Assembly: GCA_040285745.1 (NCBI GenBank)
Contig: JAUFOR010000001.1
Coordinates: forward strand, 992,001-1,056,000
Reading direction: 5' to 3'
From: Barthelona sp. PCE
Taxonomy: Eukaryota
Length of the DNA: 64,000 bases
Position numbers and translations under genes: made by a program
Part shown: positions 34,383 through 45,883 of the stretch, piece after piece
Layout of the letters: every line of letters begins with the position of its first letter
Position numbering within the stretch: the stretch's first letter is position 1
Notes under the pieces: model-generated
Seen by the model: only the letters and a program-made list of their open reading frames with translations
Database searches by the model: none
What the model was told of the DNA's origin: nothing

Positions 34383-35087
34383 CTAGATCTCGCTATACGC
34401 CACGGTACTGTTCTTCTTATCATACTTCAGCGTCAGGTGAAGGATATATGCGTCAAAAATCATAACCATCCATGACTGGAGGAGCCATGGCAATTGCTTC
34501 ACGATATTTCTCCATGAAATCTCGGCGAGAACAATAGCGAGACCATAAAAGAGGTTTCCAAGAGCAGATAGCAGGCACATGATCTTCGATATCGTCTCAG
34601 CTTTCTTCGTCTTTAACGTTTTAACAATTTGTACAACACGTGATCCTACATAGCAAACAGCGGCTATATATCCAAGAAACTGGCCAAATTCACTCTCTTC
34701 GGCCTTTTTAGTCTCCTTAATAACCCTTTGAGCAAAAGCAGGCACAAAAAGAAAAGCTAAAAATGCTGCATTAAGACTTGGTAATGTAACAGTGCTTTCT
34801 TCAGACATCTTCTTGTTCTTCTTATTATAATGTAGTGTAAGAATCAGAATAATTGAATCCATAACAAAGAAATAAACATTTGTAAAAAACTGTGAAAAGA
34901 CAAACCCTCCATTCAACAGTAGACCGAACATACTGATAAAATCTGCAACTACCCAGAAAACGATCATCCCCACAGCCATATCTTCGTTGTTTTTTAATTT
35001 CCACATCTTGACTATTTGTGGAGTTTGTACAAAAAACCACAACACGAACGATATTGTCCCAATAAGCTCTGCGAAACTGCTTGCCAT
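34383..35087 (-). CDS. PQ-loop repeat transporter (PQLC2/Ypq-like)
   Basis: Two PQ-loop units (QTPQIVKMWK; GSRVVQIVK), multi-pass TM pattern and LPWL motif. Confidence 0.8.
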   Translation of the reverse strand: MASSFAELIGTISFVLWFFVQTPQIVKMWKLKNNEDMAVGMIVFWVVADFISMFGLLLNGGFVFSQFFTNVYFFVMDSIILILTLHYNKKNKKMSEESTVTLPSLNAAFLAFLFVPAFAQRVIKETKKAEESEFGQFLGYIAAVCYVGSRVVQIVKTLKTKKAETISKIMCLLSALGNLFYGLAIVLAEISWRNIVKQLPWLLQSWMVMIFDAYILHLTLKYDKKNSTVAYSEI

Positions 35088-35247
35088 TTTAACAAACCCT
35101 ATAAAATGGAAATAAAACAGATTACAATTTGTTCTCTCGACTAGTCTACATAATACAACACTGATTTATTTGAATAATCTAAGGAATAGTCATAAACATT
35201 GTTCTATCACAATCCAGAAAAGAAATAATTCCATGCAGGCAATACAC

Positions 35248-38200
35248 CTAATCATCCGCTTCACTACTGAATATCAATGTTTTAGCACTGAAAAACCATC
35301 GTAAACGCTCCAAAACCTCTGCGGGTTCTTCCAGTATTGGATGCTTCTCCTGCTCTGAACCTTTAAATCCGAACATACGACCTCCTCCCTTTAGCAACTT
35401 TCCAATTTTCAACACTGAAAACGATTTCTTTTGCTCTCTATCCAGGAAATAACGAAGGAACTCGTTCCAGCCACCATCAAGCGAGCAAACATCTGCAGAT
35501 CCAAGTATCGAATCTACAACTCCACCTACACTCGATAGAACAGATCCACCCAGCTTTGATATGGTCCTAATAGCGTCCATAGGACTCAGAACAACACTAT
35601 TATCTATCACACCGAAAATACCTGCAACATTTCCAAGAATATTCATATTTCCAATAGTTTTTGCAACTAACACGGGTATCACACCTCGAACTTTTGCAAA
35701 AAAGAACTCAATACCACGGTATAACGAAGAAAAATGATCCTGAACTACAATGTAGTCGATATCAATATTGAAACTCGAAATTGATGCCCTCTTTGAGAGG
35801 CCACCAATCATCGAAAGCGTAAGCGGGTCCAGTTGAAGGAAGAAATCACAGCTCCTACTTATATTAACAACCGGTTCTTCTTTGTCAACCTGCTTTCCTT
35901 TAGTTTCTGCAAAAATGTCAGCCAAAATCTGAGAGATTCGAGAAGCAATGCTACGAAGCACAAATAGGTTCGGCACAACGCGAACATCCGCAGGGTTAAC
36001 GACAGATACAAAAGATGAAAGACATGAGTTGAACTCTGCCTTAATAGAAAACAGGCTGTCAAGTGACGACGGGCTGATGAGCAGCACATTACTACCTACA
36101 ACAAACGGGATAGAGACATCCAAACGAAGTCCACACAGGGTCATATCCTCGTCGAAACCAACAAGCACATTGCACCGCTCAACAAATATGTTAACAGCGT
36201 GACCGAAAATGACACGAAGGAAATGTATGCGGATATCAATGTTTGGAATATCCACACCAACAAATGGCAATGGTTTAGACTCCTGCGTTGCTGCGATCAC
36301 TGTCCATCTAGTAATACTATCATTACAGCTCTTCTCAACATCGATATCCCCAAACGCAATATGTCCACCTACACCGTCCTCAAATGCACTCAAGTCAACA
36401 CTGTGTACTTTTCCGTTAAATGAAACCAACAGTGCTGGTGGACAAAAACACGTTGAAATGAAACGCTGAGAGAGTACATCGTGCGATAAGGCACCCACGT
36501 CAACTTTCATACTAACGTCGATGCTGTTTGCAATTTGAAAAGTGGCGCTGGCTATGAGTAACCAACCGAACTCTCGACGCTCAATAGTAAACAAAATTCT
36601 CATCAAAACAACTTGGTCATTAACAACAAGCTTTCGTGTTTCAATGTAACTTCCCACGTCCCTGTCAACAGAGAATTCTTCAAAGATGCTACTTGTGCTC
36701 TGAATGAACTTGCGTGAGGTGTTCTCAACATACTCTTGCGGAACTGTACACAAAACGATGCTCATCTTTCCAGCTTGAACAGCACCATTATCAGCACAAC
36801 CATTGAATTCCTGATCTGATACAACGGTCTCGACCCCACAGCCTACATGCTGAAACGCTTTGTTGTCAACAAACACAACAAGATCCGTTTCGTTACGTAC
36901 AACAAGATCGTACTCTACAATAACACGCACCTGAGGCGTACTGCCGTCCGTCCAGACCGTTATTCCAGACCACGTGAGCGCTTCTATCTTACCAGTATAC
37001 TCGCGCGGAATAAAGAACTCAAACAGTGCCTCTTCGTGCTCGTTCCGCAAAGCAACTGTGTTTCCCTCTGTTCCTGTAACAAAAACAAACATGTTTGAAA
37101 GTGGGGGCACATCACAACCATAAAACGTAAAAGGGAAGGATGTGTTGTTACAAATCTCAACAGCTGGTGAGATGAGCACAATGTCTGAAAGCGGAACATC
37201 TCTAATGCAAAAGTATGGATATACGTTGACACGCCGTGGTGCTTCCTCGAATATAATCGGGTTAGTTCCATCGAACTGAAAATAGTACTCTTGAAAAGAG
37301 TCGAATGACGCGCTGAGCCACATTGTCTCGCCATGTTTGAGATAGCTCTCTTTTGTTCCGATACGCACATAAACTCCCATAGGCATCCCATTAACAATAC
37401 CGTACCTGCTGCTCAGTACTAGAAGTGTCTCTGTAAAACGTCTGTTGAGACGAAAAACACCCACTGACTGTGAAAACAACTCAACCAAATGTGTGTCCGG
37501 ATTGATTTCATCACCTGACAGCAGTGCTTTCATTGGAACATTGAACAAAACGCGATCATCGCTCGAGAAAACAGAAACATCGTCAACTGACATCAGTCGA
37601 ACCCTATGCCCAGGTAAACACGGTGCTATACCTTCATCCGACATGACGGACAAATCCGTCTCAGTTCGATTGATGAGGAACACAGGGCGATAGTAAATCG
37701 ATGGAACATTAACGACGACCTTGTCAAGAACAACTGAGATGGAAGGTTTGACAGAGGCGCGAACGCCGCAGCTCAAAACTCGGTGGCGTATCATAGATAC
37801 CTGATCGCGCATGTCAACCGTAGCTTCCAAATGTAGCACGTTTGCTCGAAGTTGAAAACTCACTGTAGCATCAAGTAGTACAGTATTATGTACATGTACA
37901 GTGAATTTGATGATATCGTTTTTCCAGCATAAAAGGAAATTGAAGGAACCTTTCTCTACTTCCAATTTTTTTCCAGAATACCCAAAATTTGGACCAGCAA
38001 TGCTGAGAGATCCATCTTGAAGGTTGAATTCAATGTTACATTGGGCGCTAGCAACGGAAAATTCAATTTTGAGACCATTCCAGACCATTTTGGCCAGAGA
38101 AATATGCTGCAAAAACCATGATTGGTCTCTACCAATCAAATCATTGATTACTGAGCTTGGCTTTGATTCTGATGCTCCCATTCTCGCAATAACAGCAGGA

Positions 38201-39771
38201 GCATCGAGGGAAGCAGGGGTATACTCACTGCTGGAGACATGCAATACATTGGTAATCCATTTGCCACAGTACTTTGTTCTCCCTACACAGATGGAAATTT
38301 CCGAAAAGTCCAATGAATACGTGTCCCCAAATGACAGTGCGTGCCATTCATTAGTGATTGGACAGTTAAAATCCAATACGAGATCGTGAACCGACACAAT
38401 ATCAGATTTAAGTTCCTTTACCGACAGGATAAGACCAACATCAAATTCTTTGGGTTTCTTCTCCTGTTGGGTGACACTTTGTGCTATCAGCGGTGAAATA
38501 AACAGATCCAGAAAACCATCAAGCATATCTGTTAAGAAAGACTGCTGAAGCTGCACTACTTGTGCTAAAAACCCAATATTGGGAATACAAACTAACGAAA
38601 CACTCACTGTCTTAATACTGTCCAGGATCAGCTCACATTCTTCAACGTTTAAGAACGAATATGCCTCATTTTCGGTCTCATTCGACTCAGTCAGTTTCAC
38701 TCCACCGACTTTAACACCTCTTCCGTCGTATGAAACGCTCGAGAAGCAAAGAACACATGCATCAAGCTCCAGTACAATCATAGGACATACTACGGTCAAG
38801 CTTGTTGGTAATCTAAATGGCTCATCAAGCTCAACTGTGTGATCAAGAGCGAATGACTGCATGATACTGGAGAATATGGATCTCTTTTTTGCTCGCTTCT
38901 TCTCCTTTGCTCGCTTCTTCTGCTGCTTCAGACGCTTTTTCTCCATACGCCGTATCTGCCTCTGCCGTTTACGCTCCGAGAGCTCGGACTCAGCATCATC
39001 CTCACTTGAGACTGTACTTAGCGTGTCTTCTTCAGTTTGGACTTCCACGACCGGCTCTGGTCTCTTGTATCCATCAACTATGGCTTTCAGTTGGTTAAAT
39101 GAAAGAGAGCAGTTGTCAACAACGACTTCTGCAGTCTGTCTGCTAATAACCGCATCAATGCAAAGATTCTCCACAATCCCCTCAATGTTAAACGCGTTCA
39201 GGCTCAGAGTAACATGCGACATTAACAACAACGGGGACAACCCGCTGAAAAAACTCACGGGAGACGTGAAGGCAGGCTGGTACGACAGTTGTCCAATAGA
39301 CAAGTTAACAAAATCATCAACAATGACTTGTAAATTGCGTATGAGAAGGCTGCTAGACTGAAACAGTACATCCTTAAAAGATACGTTCAGGCTGCCATCA
39401 TTTCCATCGCTATCTGTTTCCGATTCTGTAGTAAATTCTGTATTCTGTTCTTCGGCTTTAACCTTTGTTTCAGACGATATATCAAACGACAGCGATTTAA
39501 CATGAAGATTTACGTGATTAATTTCAATTGTTGAAGGACTGATAAGCGATTCATTCTTAAATGCAAGAGTAAATGAAAAACTGCCGACCTTACACTCAAC
39601 TATTGGCAAATGCAAAATGTTTGACAGGAAATCTGGTCTTAAGTATATATCCTTCAAGTGTATATGTGATTGAGAAAGGCTCAACCTCATCGAAGAAATG
39701 TCAAAATCTTCAATAATGTTATGCAATGCATTGCGAAGAATTTTCTCAACTCTCCTTTGCAAAAACCCCAT
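35248..39771 (-). CDS. VPS13/chorein-family bridge-like lipid transfer protein, shortened (~1507 aa)
   Basis: Chorein_N-like start (KILRNALHNIIEDFDISSMRLSLSQSHIHLKDIYLRPD); repeated N-x-T beta motifs (LINRTE, ICNNTS, VRNETD) resembling VAB repeats; C-terminal ILGNVAGIFG and Gly-rich helices. ATG at 39771. Confidence 0.65.
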   Translation of the reverse strand: MGFLQRRVEKILRNALHNIIEDFDISSMRLSLSQSHIHLKDIYLRPDFLSNILHLPIVECKVGSFSFTLAFKNESLISPSTIEINHVNLHVKSLSFDISSETKVKAEEQNTEFTTESETDSDGNDGSLNVSFKDVLFQSSSLLIRNLQVIVDDFVNLSIGQLSYQPAFTSPVSFFSGLSPLLLMSHVTLSLNAFNIEGIVENLCIDAVISRQTAEVVVDNCSLSFNQLKAIVDGYKRPEPVVEVQTEEDTLSTVSSEDDAESELSERKRQRQIRRMEKKRLKQQKKRAKEKKRAKKRSIFSSIMQSFALDHTVELDEPFRLPTSLTVVCPMIVLELDACVLCFSSVSYDGRGVKVGGVKLTESNETENEAYSFLNVEECELILDSIKTVSVSLVCIPNIGFLAQVVQLQQSFLTDMLDGFLDLFISPLIAQSVTQQEKKPKEFDVGLILSVKELKSDIVSVHDLVLDFNCPITNEWHALSFGDTYSLDFSEISICVGRTKYCGKWITNVLHVSSSEYTPASLDAPAVIARMGASESKPSSVINDLIGRDQSWFLQHISLAKMVWNGLKIEFSVASAQCNIEFNLQDGSLSIAGPNFGYSGKKLEVEKGSFNFLLCWKNDIIKFTVHVHNTVLLDATVSFQLRANVLHLEATVDMRDQVSMIRHRVLSCGVRASVKPSISVVLDKVVVNVPSIYYRPVFLINRTETDLSVMSDEGIAPCLPGHRVRLMSVDDVSVFSSDDRVLFNVPMKALLSGDEINPDTHLVELFSQSVGVFRLNRRFTETLLVLSSRYGIVNGMPMGVYVRIGTKESYLKHGETMWLSASFDSFQEYYFQFDGTNPIIFEEAPRRVNVYPYFCIRDVPLSDIVLISPAVEICNNTSFPFTFYGCDVPPLSNMFVFVTGTEGNTVALRNEHEEALFEFFIPREYTGKIEALTWSGITVWTDGSTPQVRVIVEYDLVVRNETDLVVFVDNKAFQHVGCGVETVVSDQEFNGCADNGAVQAGKMSIVLCTVPQEYVENTSRKFIQSTSSIFEEFSVDRDVGSYIETRKLVVNDQVVLMRILFTIERREFGWLLIASATFQIANSIDVSMKVDVGALSHDVLSQRFISTCFCPPALLVSFNGKVHSVDLSAFEDGVGGHIAFGDIDVEKSCNDSITRWTVIAATQESKPLPFVGVDIPNIDIRIHFLRVIFGHAVNIFVERCNVLVGFDEDMTLCGLRLDVSIPFVVGSNVLLISPSSLDSLFSIKAEFNSCLSSFVSVVNPADVRVVPNLFVLRSIASRISQILADIFAETKGKQVDKEEPVVNISRSCDFFLQLDPLTLSMIGGLSKRASISSFNIDIDYIVVQDHFSSLYRGIEFFFAKVRGVIPVLVAKTIGNMNILGNVAGIFGVIDNSVVLSPMDAIRTISKLGGSVLSSVGGVVDSILGSADVCSLDGGWNEFLRYFLDREQKKSFSVLKIGKLLKGGGRMFGFKGSEQEKHPILEEPAEVLERLRWFFSAKTLIFSSEADD

Positions 39772-39834
39772 CAATTGATCAAAAAAGACAACAAAAGTGT
39801 GATGTAAAAGATTAAAATGTAAAAACACTACAAT

Positions 39835-40692
39835 TTACTCAGAAGGACGCTTTCTCTTACCCAAATCAAATGTATTGAATGTGGCAGTGATCAGACCTCC
39901 CCTGTTCAAACGTTCAATGTCAGTCTGTATCACGTCATCCTCATATTTCTCATTGGGATGGTGAGTCTTGAAAAGCATGACTTTGGCGCATTTAAAGGCA
40001 AGCGCAATCTCCTGGACGACCTGGTACATGCTACAATTCATACCGTCGCTCAGAATCGGCACGAAAATTCGCTGTCTGTCATCCTCTGCTGCATCTTCAT
40101 TGATTGCATCCTTATGAACGATCAGGATACCGCTCTCAGCCTCGATGACATCCTTAAGAACCCAGTAACTGGGAGCCCACTTGCTGCCCACATACTTGAA
40201 ATTCCCGTAGTTTATATAAAGAATATCGGACAATAACGTTCTATTAAAACGCTCAACGACATTATCCACGTAATTGTAGACTACACGGATATAAGAAACG
40301 TTGGTTAGTACAAGGAGACGCTCATTCTTCTTGCCCAATGAATTAATATTGTATGTGTTCCAAATATTGATTATATCTTCCCCTTGTGTGCTGAGGCTGC
40401 TTGAAACTGCGTCATAAATTCTCTTAACGTTCTCATCTTGGGAATAAATGGGATCCTCAAGTAAAGAAGTAAACTTTCTCACATCTCCAAGATTTGCAAC
40501 TGTGTGAAGTCGTGTGATCGGGGGAAGATCATTAAGACTGAGATACTCTTCCTCTTCTTCCTCTTCTTGCTTTTCAATAGGAATTTCTATCAATTCTTCA
40601 ACTTCTTCTTTGACAGAAGGAACTTCTTCAACCTCATCATGATCTTCCTCGTGAGGTAACTCGACCTTGGATTCGTTTTCAATATCGGTCAT
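39835..40692 (-). CDS. hSac2 / TPRG1-like domain protein with an acidic N-terminus
   Basis: INSLGKKNERLLVLTNVSYIRVVYNY...LLSDI resembles the hSac2 PH-like domain; ATG at 40692. Confidence 0.55.
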   Translation of the reverse strand: MTDIENESKVELPHEEDHDEVEEVPSVKEEVEELIEIPIEKQEEEEEEEYLSLNDLPPITRLHTVANLGDVRKFTSLLEDPIYSQDENVKRIYDAVSSSLSTQGEDIINIWNTYNINSLGKKNERLLVLTNVSYIRVVYNYVDNVVERFNRTLLSDILYINYGNFKYVGSKWAPSYWVLKDVIEAESGILIVHKDAINEDAAEDDRQRIFVPILSDGMNCSMYQVVQEIALAFKCAKVMLFKTHHPNEKYEDDVIQTDIERLNRGGLITATFNTFDLGKRKRPSE

Positions 40693-40741
40693 CAGTGTAG
40701 AAATGGAAAAAACTGTTAGCACGTTTTAACCCTTAATCAGT

Positions 40742-42286
40742 ATGAGTGAAAACAAAGTCACACAGCTTCATGGCCGTATTATTGAAGCTGTACCATCCTT
40801 GCGAAGCTTTCCTTGTGGACGTTTTTCAAATGCCAATTTTGACGATCAACAGATTATTCTGGGGCTTACAATTGCTGAACTTGGGGACAAACGCCTGTTA
40901 AACCTCACAGAAGCACGGGAACGAGAGATTATTCGAGAGCGGAGACAACAATTAACGTTTGATCAACGTGAACGTAATGCAGCACAGTATGAGCGGGATT
41001 TTTACACAACTGCAGTCGATTTGGCCTCAGGATTATGTCCTGGCACACTTCCCGACGTGGATACATTGGTTTGTAAGAAAAGCGCCTTCTTCAGTCTGAG
41101 CAGTTCGTTGTCCGGTGTAGTTGAGGCAAGAAAGGGGATTTCTACACGAAAGACGATCTCTCCAAGAGTTCAAAGTCCATTACGTCGAAAACCAGAAACT
41201 GCAATTCCTTCATCACCTTCGCCAAAGCCCAAACCCAAACCGCAGACCAACAAAAGAGAGAGACCACGCCGCAAGATTGTGGCCTCTGCTGACGACATTT
41301 TTGGAGCTCCAAGTGGGGTTAGAGAACATGCAAGACGTCAGGAAGAGTTTGTTACAAAAACCTCCAACAGTAATAGTGAAGAGATCGCGGCATTGCAGGC
41401 CAAAGTTCGATCCCTTGAGATGGAAAATATGAAGTTGAGATCAATGCACGAGCAAGTGCAAGAGAATGTGCAGAAGGCGTTTCCATCAAACTCTGGCAGT
41501 GAATTCTTCGACTTCTACATCCGTCGTCTAACGTTTTTGGAGGAACAGCTCGTGCTCACAAGCTCTGTCAACCATCTCCTAACCAAGAACAACGCGAGTC
41601 TGGTGACGACATGCATAGAAAATGAGTTAGACCTGCCAGTGTTGTCACAAGTCCCAGATGAAGAGTCCGTCTTTGAAGATCCACCAGTGCTCAACCCCAC
41701 AGCGTGCGCAACGCTGGCTGATGCTCTTGTTCGCGTTTTGGGTACTTTACCTGTCCTTGAGTCCGTATCGCGACAGACTGTACTTGATGCGCAACAGGCT
41801 CTCTTGAGCGTTCTTCCTTCCCTTGTTAAGATTCTTCCCACGCATACACCGATCACAGACTTGTCTTTCACGGGTATTGATGAGTTCCAGTCGATTGATC
41901 TTGATGGTTTCCTAAGAAAGGACGTCAAACCAGTTCTTAAAAAAGTTAAGGGAGGCTCTGTACGGTCGGAGATCATGGCTTTGATAAAATTCCTCGTATC
42001 CTTGCTTGGCAGAATGGGGGAAGCCTTTGCAATAGTTTCAAATAATACCGTCGAGGATATTCATAGAAGGCCTGCTTCTCGTGAGAAATCATCTGCTTCT
42101 GAAGCAAGAGACTCAAGAAGCGCAGTTCCCCAACCATGTATTATTGCTTTTCGGGATTTTATGGATATTTTCTACACATTTCAGGCGAATCCCGATTCAT
42201 CCGGTTTAAAGCTTTTGCTTGATCATTTGAAAGAAAATTCAAGTGAAATGATGGATCTTGCAGACTATTTGGAGGTCCAAATGTAA
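40742..42286 (+). CDS. Hypothetical coiled-coil protein, 514 aa
   Basis: Long ORF with heptad segments (EIAALQAKVRSLEMENMKLRSMHEQVQE). Confidence 0.75.
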   Translation: MSENKVTQLHGRIIEAVPSLRSFPCGRFSNANFDDQQIILGLTIAELGDKRLLNLTEAREREIIRERRQQLTFDQRERNAAQYERDFYTTAVDLASGLCPGTLPDVDTLVCKKSAFFSLSSSLSGVVEARKGISTRKTISPRVQSPLRRKPETAIPSSPSPKPKPKPQTNKRERPRRKIVASADDIFGAPSGVREHARRQEEFVTKTSNSNSEEIAALQAKVRSLEMENMKLRSMHEQVQENVQKAFPSNSGSEFFDFYIRRLTFLEEQLVLTSSVNHLLTKNNASLVTTCIENELDLPVLSQVPDEESVFEDPPVLNPTACATLADALVRVLGTLPVLESVSRQTVLDAQQALLSVLPSLVKILPTHTPITDLSFTGIDEFQSIDLDGFLRKDVKPVLKKVKGGSVRSEIMALIKFLVSLLGRMGEAFAIVSNNTVEDIHRRPASREKSSASEARDSRSAVPQPCIIAFRDFMDIFYTFQANPDSSGLKLLLDHLKENSSEMMDLADYLEVQM

Positions 42287-42382
42287 ATATGTGTTATAAT
42301 CGAGAATTTTGTATCTGAAAATTTGCTCCTTTTCAAGCACTATTTTTGTGTTTTAAATATTTGTGTAAGTACCAATCAAGTG

Positions 42383-43777
42383 ATGGAACGCAATCCAGAT
42401 GAACTTTATGAAAAGCTTTATGTTTTGGGCAAAGGTGGTTTTGGATCTGTCTACAAAGCTGTGGAGAGAACAACCGGACGTATTGTTGCGATCAAAGAGA
42501 TGAATTTGCAATCTTCAATACCGATGAATAAGCTTCGAATGGAGGTTAAAACATTGAAAGAATTGAATATGCCTCAAACAACCCAGTTCTATGAGTCATT
42601 TATTTATGAGAAGAGGCTGTATATCGTCATGGAACATGTTAATGGTGCTAACATAGGTGAAATTTTGTATAATGATGGAAGAACTCCGGTTAAGTTACCT
42701 GAGAATCTTTGCGCACATATTCTGCAACAAATGCTTGTTGCAATTGAAGAAATGCACAATAGAGGTATCGTTCACCGTGATATCAAACCGCAGAACGTTC
42801 TAATCAGCGATGATGGCATGGTCAAGTTGGCAGATTTTGGTATCGTCGCCCAGCTCAGTCAAGATCACACCCACGCCAACACACAGATCGGAACACCGCA
42901 GTACATGGCGCCAGAAGTGTTCACGGGCACGGGAACGCGCACATCCGCGGATATATGGTCGATCGGGATAGTGGCGTATGAAATGGCATGCGGAGTTTGC
43001 CCGTTTCAGCTCAAGGGAAAGAATCACATTGCTGTGTCTCGCGAAATCGTCCGTAATGATGCCCCAACGTTGAATCCATCTTTGTATTCACCAGCATTCG
43101 TCGACTTTGTGCTATGCTGTCTTCAGAAGAACCCTGATCATCGCTACCCGGCGCGCGATCTACTCAAACATCAGTTTTTGTTACGAAGTGTCACGAAGAA
43201 GAACAAGGCAAGCCTTACACGTGTAATTCGAAGATGTCCAACTTACGTGCGTAATCAGCAAAGGGCTTACGACACGACACCTTTTGTCGATGAAATCAAT
43301 GTGCAACCAACAAAGGAGAAAGCAGAATCTTTCTTCAAGTTCGAAGAAACAGCAGAAATCACAGCTCCTTCACCAATGGGTTCCAAAGCAGAGCTACCAA
43401 TGATTCCTCACAGAAACACTATGCTTAGCATGAAAAATCTAGACGAGGACATCGACGACGAGGGTGAGAGCGAAGAAAACGTCGCAGAGCATTTTGCCAA
43501 CGTAAACATTCCTACAGTCATTTTCAACAAGCACATTTTGAAGAAGAAACCGCTTTTAGATATCATGATCGAGTCTTTGGAGGAGTTGGGTGAAGGATCG
43601 CCCATAAACGAGCACACTGCAATTCAAACTATTATTCTCCAGCTTCACCAGCTCAGTAATAGCAATTCCAAATTCACTGTTGGTTTTTTGAGCAAGATTA
43701 TGGACAAAGTTAAGGAGTCAAGAACTAATAGTGCTGAAATCAATATACTTAAGCATGTGATGAATAGCAGTGAATAA
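42383..43777 (+). CDS. STE20-family Ser/Thr kinase (MST/GCK-like)
   Basis: LGKGGFGSVYKA, VAIK, HRDIKPQN, DFG, GTPQYMAPE and DIWSIG; helical C-terminal tail. ATG at 42383. Confidence 0.9.
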   Translation: MERNPDELYEKLYVLGKGGFGSVYKAVERTTGRIVAIKEMNLQSSIPMNKLRMEVKTLKELNMPQTTQFYESFIYEKRLYIVMEHVNGANIGEILYNDGRTPVKLPENLCAHILQQMLVAIEEMHNRGIVHRDIKPQNVLISDDGMVKLADFGIVAQLSQDHTHANTQIGTPQYMAPEVFTGTGTRTSADIWSIGIVAYEMACGVCPFQLKGKNHIAVSREIVRNDAPTLNPSLYSPAFVDFVLCCLQKNPDHRYPARDLLKHQFLLRSVTKKNKASLTRVIRRCPTYVRNQQRAYDTTPFVDEINVQPTKEKAESFFKFEETAEITAPSPMGSKAELPMIPHRNTMLSMKNLDEDIDDEGESEENVAEHFANVNIPTVIFNKHILKKKPLLDIMIESLEELGEGSPINEHTAIQTIILQLHQLSNSNSKFTVGFLSKIMDKVKESRTNSAEINILKHVMNSSE

Positions 43778-43810
43778 ATAGGACTTGTTTTTTGTTATTT
43801 ATCCTCTTTA

Positions 43811-45883
43811 ATGCCTCGTTTTGCACAGAGAGATTACTTAATCGTTCCTTCTGGTATTGAAAAGCCAATTCGGCTGTCACACAATGAACATACAATGATT
43901 GCTGTTATTGTTGATGATTCTAATCAGAATGGTCCTTGTTTTCTTGAATTACATGAGAAATGCCCGAACCTTTCCACATTAAATCGTGCATTTGATGGTA
44001 GTTTGTACCAAAACGAGTTTAATTCAAGCACTCTTGCAGGAACGATCAAGTTCTTCAGAATGGAACCTAACTTCAGCATTACTGAGCTGAATGTGATAGA
44101 ATATAGTCTTCCTCATATTGCTGGTCCATCTAGTTTTCTTGACTCAAACATTTGCATTTTCAGCCATGACACGATAATATACACGTTTTTTGGAAACCAC
44201 AGTGAGTACATTGCAAATGAAGATAGTGAAGATGATGATGACAGCAATTCGTGCTCATTTGCATATAATTTGTGCACAAAGGAACTCACATTCTTGTGTG
44301 AGGGTATCATCACCGTCAACGATGAAAACTCGTGCGTTGTTGCGCATTTCGATTCTTTTGATGAACATGTGAAGTTCATCTCGCCCGAACTCAACATCAC
44401 CGAGCTCCAATTCAACATACCCAATATTAAGCAAGTTGGTGTCGTTAATCTGGGCATAAGCGCTCTGTACGGGAGGGGAAGGCTGTCTCTGGTCAACCAC
44501 AGGCTCGAGACTGTTAGTCTGGATCACTTGGTATCAGGACTCGGTTATATTTCATTCAACATGATAGTTCTGCTATCTGTGACGGATTGTGAGCTGGTGA
44601 TGCTTCTTATCTGTGATAAAATAACTCAGTACGTGAGATTCAAAGACGGAAAATTGATTCATCGTGAAAACACAGGCTTTGGATTTGACATGCTTTTCTA
44701 CCCACATGCATCAGTTCCAGACCAAGACGGACTCAACGCCATCGCCAAAGGGTTTGAGTATCAACCTATGTTGGCACTTGGAAAGCAGATGGGCAACAGC
44801 GGTATTTTTAAGCTTCGACAGCGCGGTAAATCGATCGTTGAGATTCCTAACGTGCAGAACTTCACGATGTACAACAACCTACTGAGGTATACGAACTCTT
44901 TTTCAGAAGTCATGCTTGACTTTGCTCGTAAATCGATGTTTGTGATTGATCACAATTTTCTTGGGAAACGAGAGCATGAACTGCATATAAAGTATCTCAA
45001 TAACAACAGTTATGCATGGGCTGAGTACAAGATTGAACTGAGAAGCTTCAATAGAGGGCGAATTGTCAGAGAATCTGTTGACATGACGAACATAACCAGA
45101 GATTCGTACATTCAGAAGCACGAAAGCAAATTGGAGTCTATCTTTGCGCCACGAGAGCGAAACAATGGTGGAAACAACCATTTCTGCTGTTACTTCCGAG
45201 GAGAGCGCCTTTTCATCAAGTTTGAAGATGATGGGGAGCATGTTTTGATGCTGGGAACTTCGCCAATTTCTACATTTAAATTTGCTAACTATCGCCCTGT
45301 GACAGATGAACGGAGTTTTGTGTGCTTTTGTCACTTAGTGTCCTTCCAAAGTTTTGTTTTAATGTATGATGAGGAAACCGAGAAGATCTTGACCCTTCAC
45401 TGCGATATGGGGATTCTCAACTGTTATTCTTCTCCTTATAACAACAGATGTCTTGTTGTTGAAAGTAGGAAGAAATCTTTGTATTTAAGCATTGAGAATG
45501 GTGCAATTGTGCGTGAGGAGTTTGAAGCTTTTAAGAAACTCCATGGATGGCTCTCTGCTGACCTCTTTTTAACTGACTCATACATATATGACGTATCAAG
45601 TGGGATTCCTTCACAAATTGTATACATTCCTGATGTAAGGTTAGGCGAGCACTTTGACGCAGTGTACGTTTCGCCTATGGCTTTTCACATCATTCAATCC
45701 CCTGTTTCTCCAAAGGAAGGTTTCATTATCAAGCATGTCACCATCTCTGAAATTGGCCGTGGCTGCTTCAATTACGAATCTGAAATAGAAATTCTTTCAT
45801 TTCAACAAATTTTTGAAGATTTTGAGGTTTCTGTACATGAGATATTCTCAGATTTTGCCGACAAAAAATCTAAACTTTATTAA
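43811..45883 (+). CDS. Hypothetical beta-rich protein of the divergent ~650-aa family
   Basis: 690-aa ORF; C-terminal SSPYNNRCLVV...WLSADLFLTDSYIYDV pattern shared with the 30346 and 52419 genes. Confidence 0.75.
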   Translation: MPRFAQRDYLIVPSGIEKPIRLSHNEHTMIAVIVDDSNQNGPCFLELHEKCPNLSTLNRAFDGSLYQNEFNSSTLAGTIKFFRMEPNFSITELNVIEYSLPHIAGPSSFLDSNICIFSHDTIIYTFFGNHSEYIANEDSEDDDDSNSCSFAYNLCTKELTFLCEGIITVNDENSCVVAHFDSFDEHVKFISPELNITELQFNIPNIKQVGVVNLGISALYGRGRLSLVNHRLETVSLDHLVSGLGYISFNMIVLLSVTDCELVMLLICDKITQYVRFKDGKLIHRENTGFGFDMLFYPHASVPDQDGLNAIAKGFEYQPMLALGKQMGNSGIFKLRQRGKSIVEIPNVQNFTMYNNLLRYTNSFSEVMLDFARKSMFVIDHNFLGKREHELHIKYLNNNSYAWAEYKIELRSFNRGRIVRESVDMTNITRDSYIQKHESKLESIFAPRERNNGGNNHFCCYFRGERLFIKFEDDGEHVLMLGTSPISTFKFANYRPVTDERSFVCFCHLVSFQSFVLMYDEETEKILTLHCDMGILNCYSSPYNNRCLVVESRKKSLYLSIENGAIVREEFEAFKKLHGWLSADLFLTDSYIYDVSSGIPSQIVYIPDVRLGEHFDAVYVSPMAFHIIQSPVSPKEGFIIKHVTISEIGRGCFNYESEIEILSFQQIFEDFEVSVHEIFSDFADKKSKLY

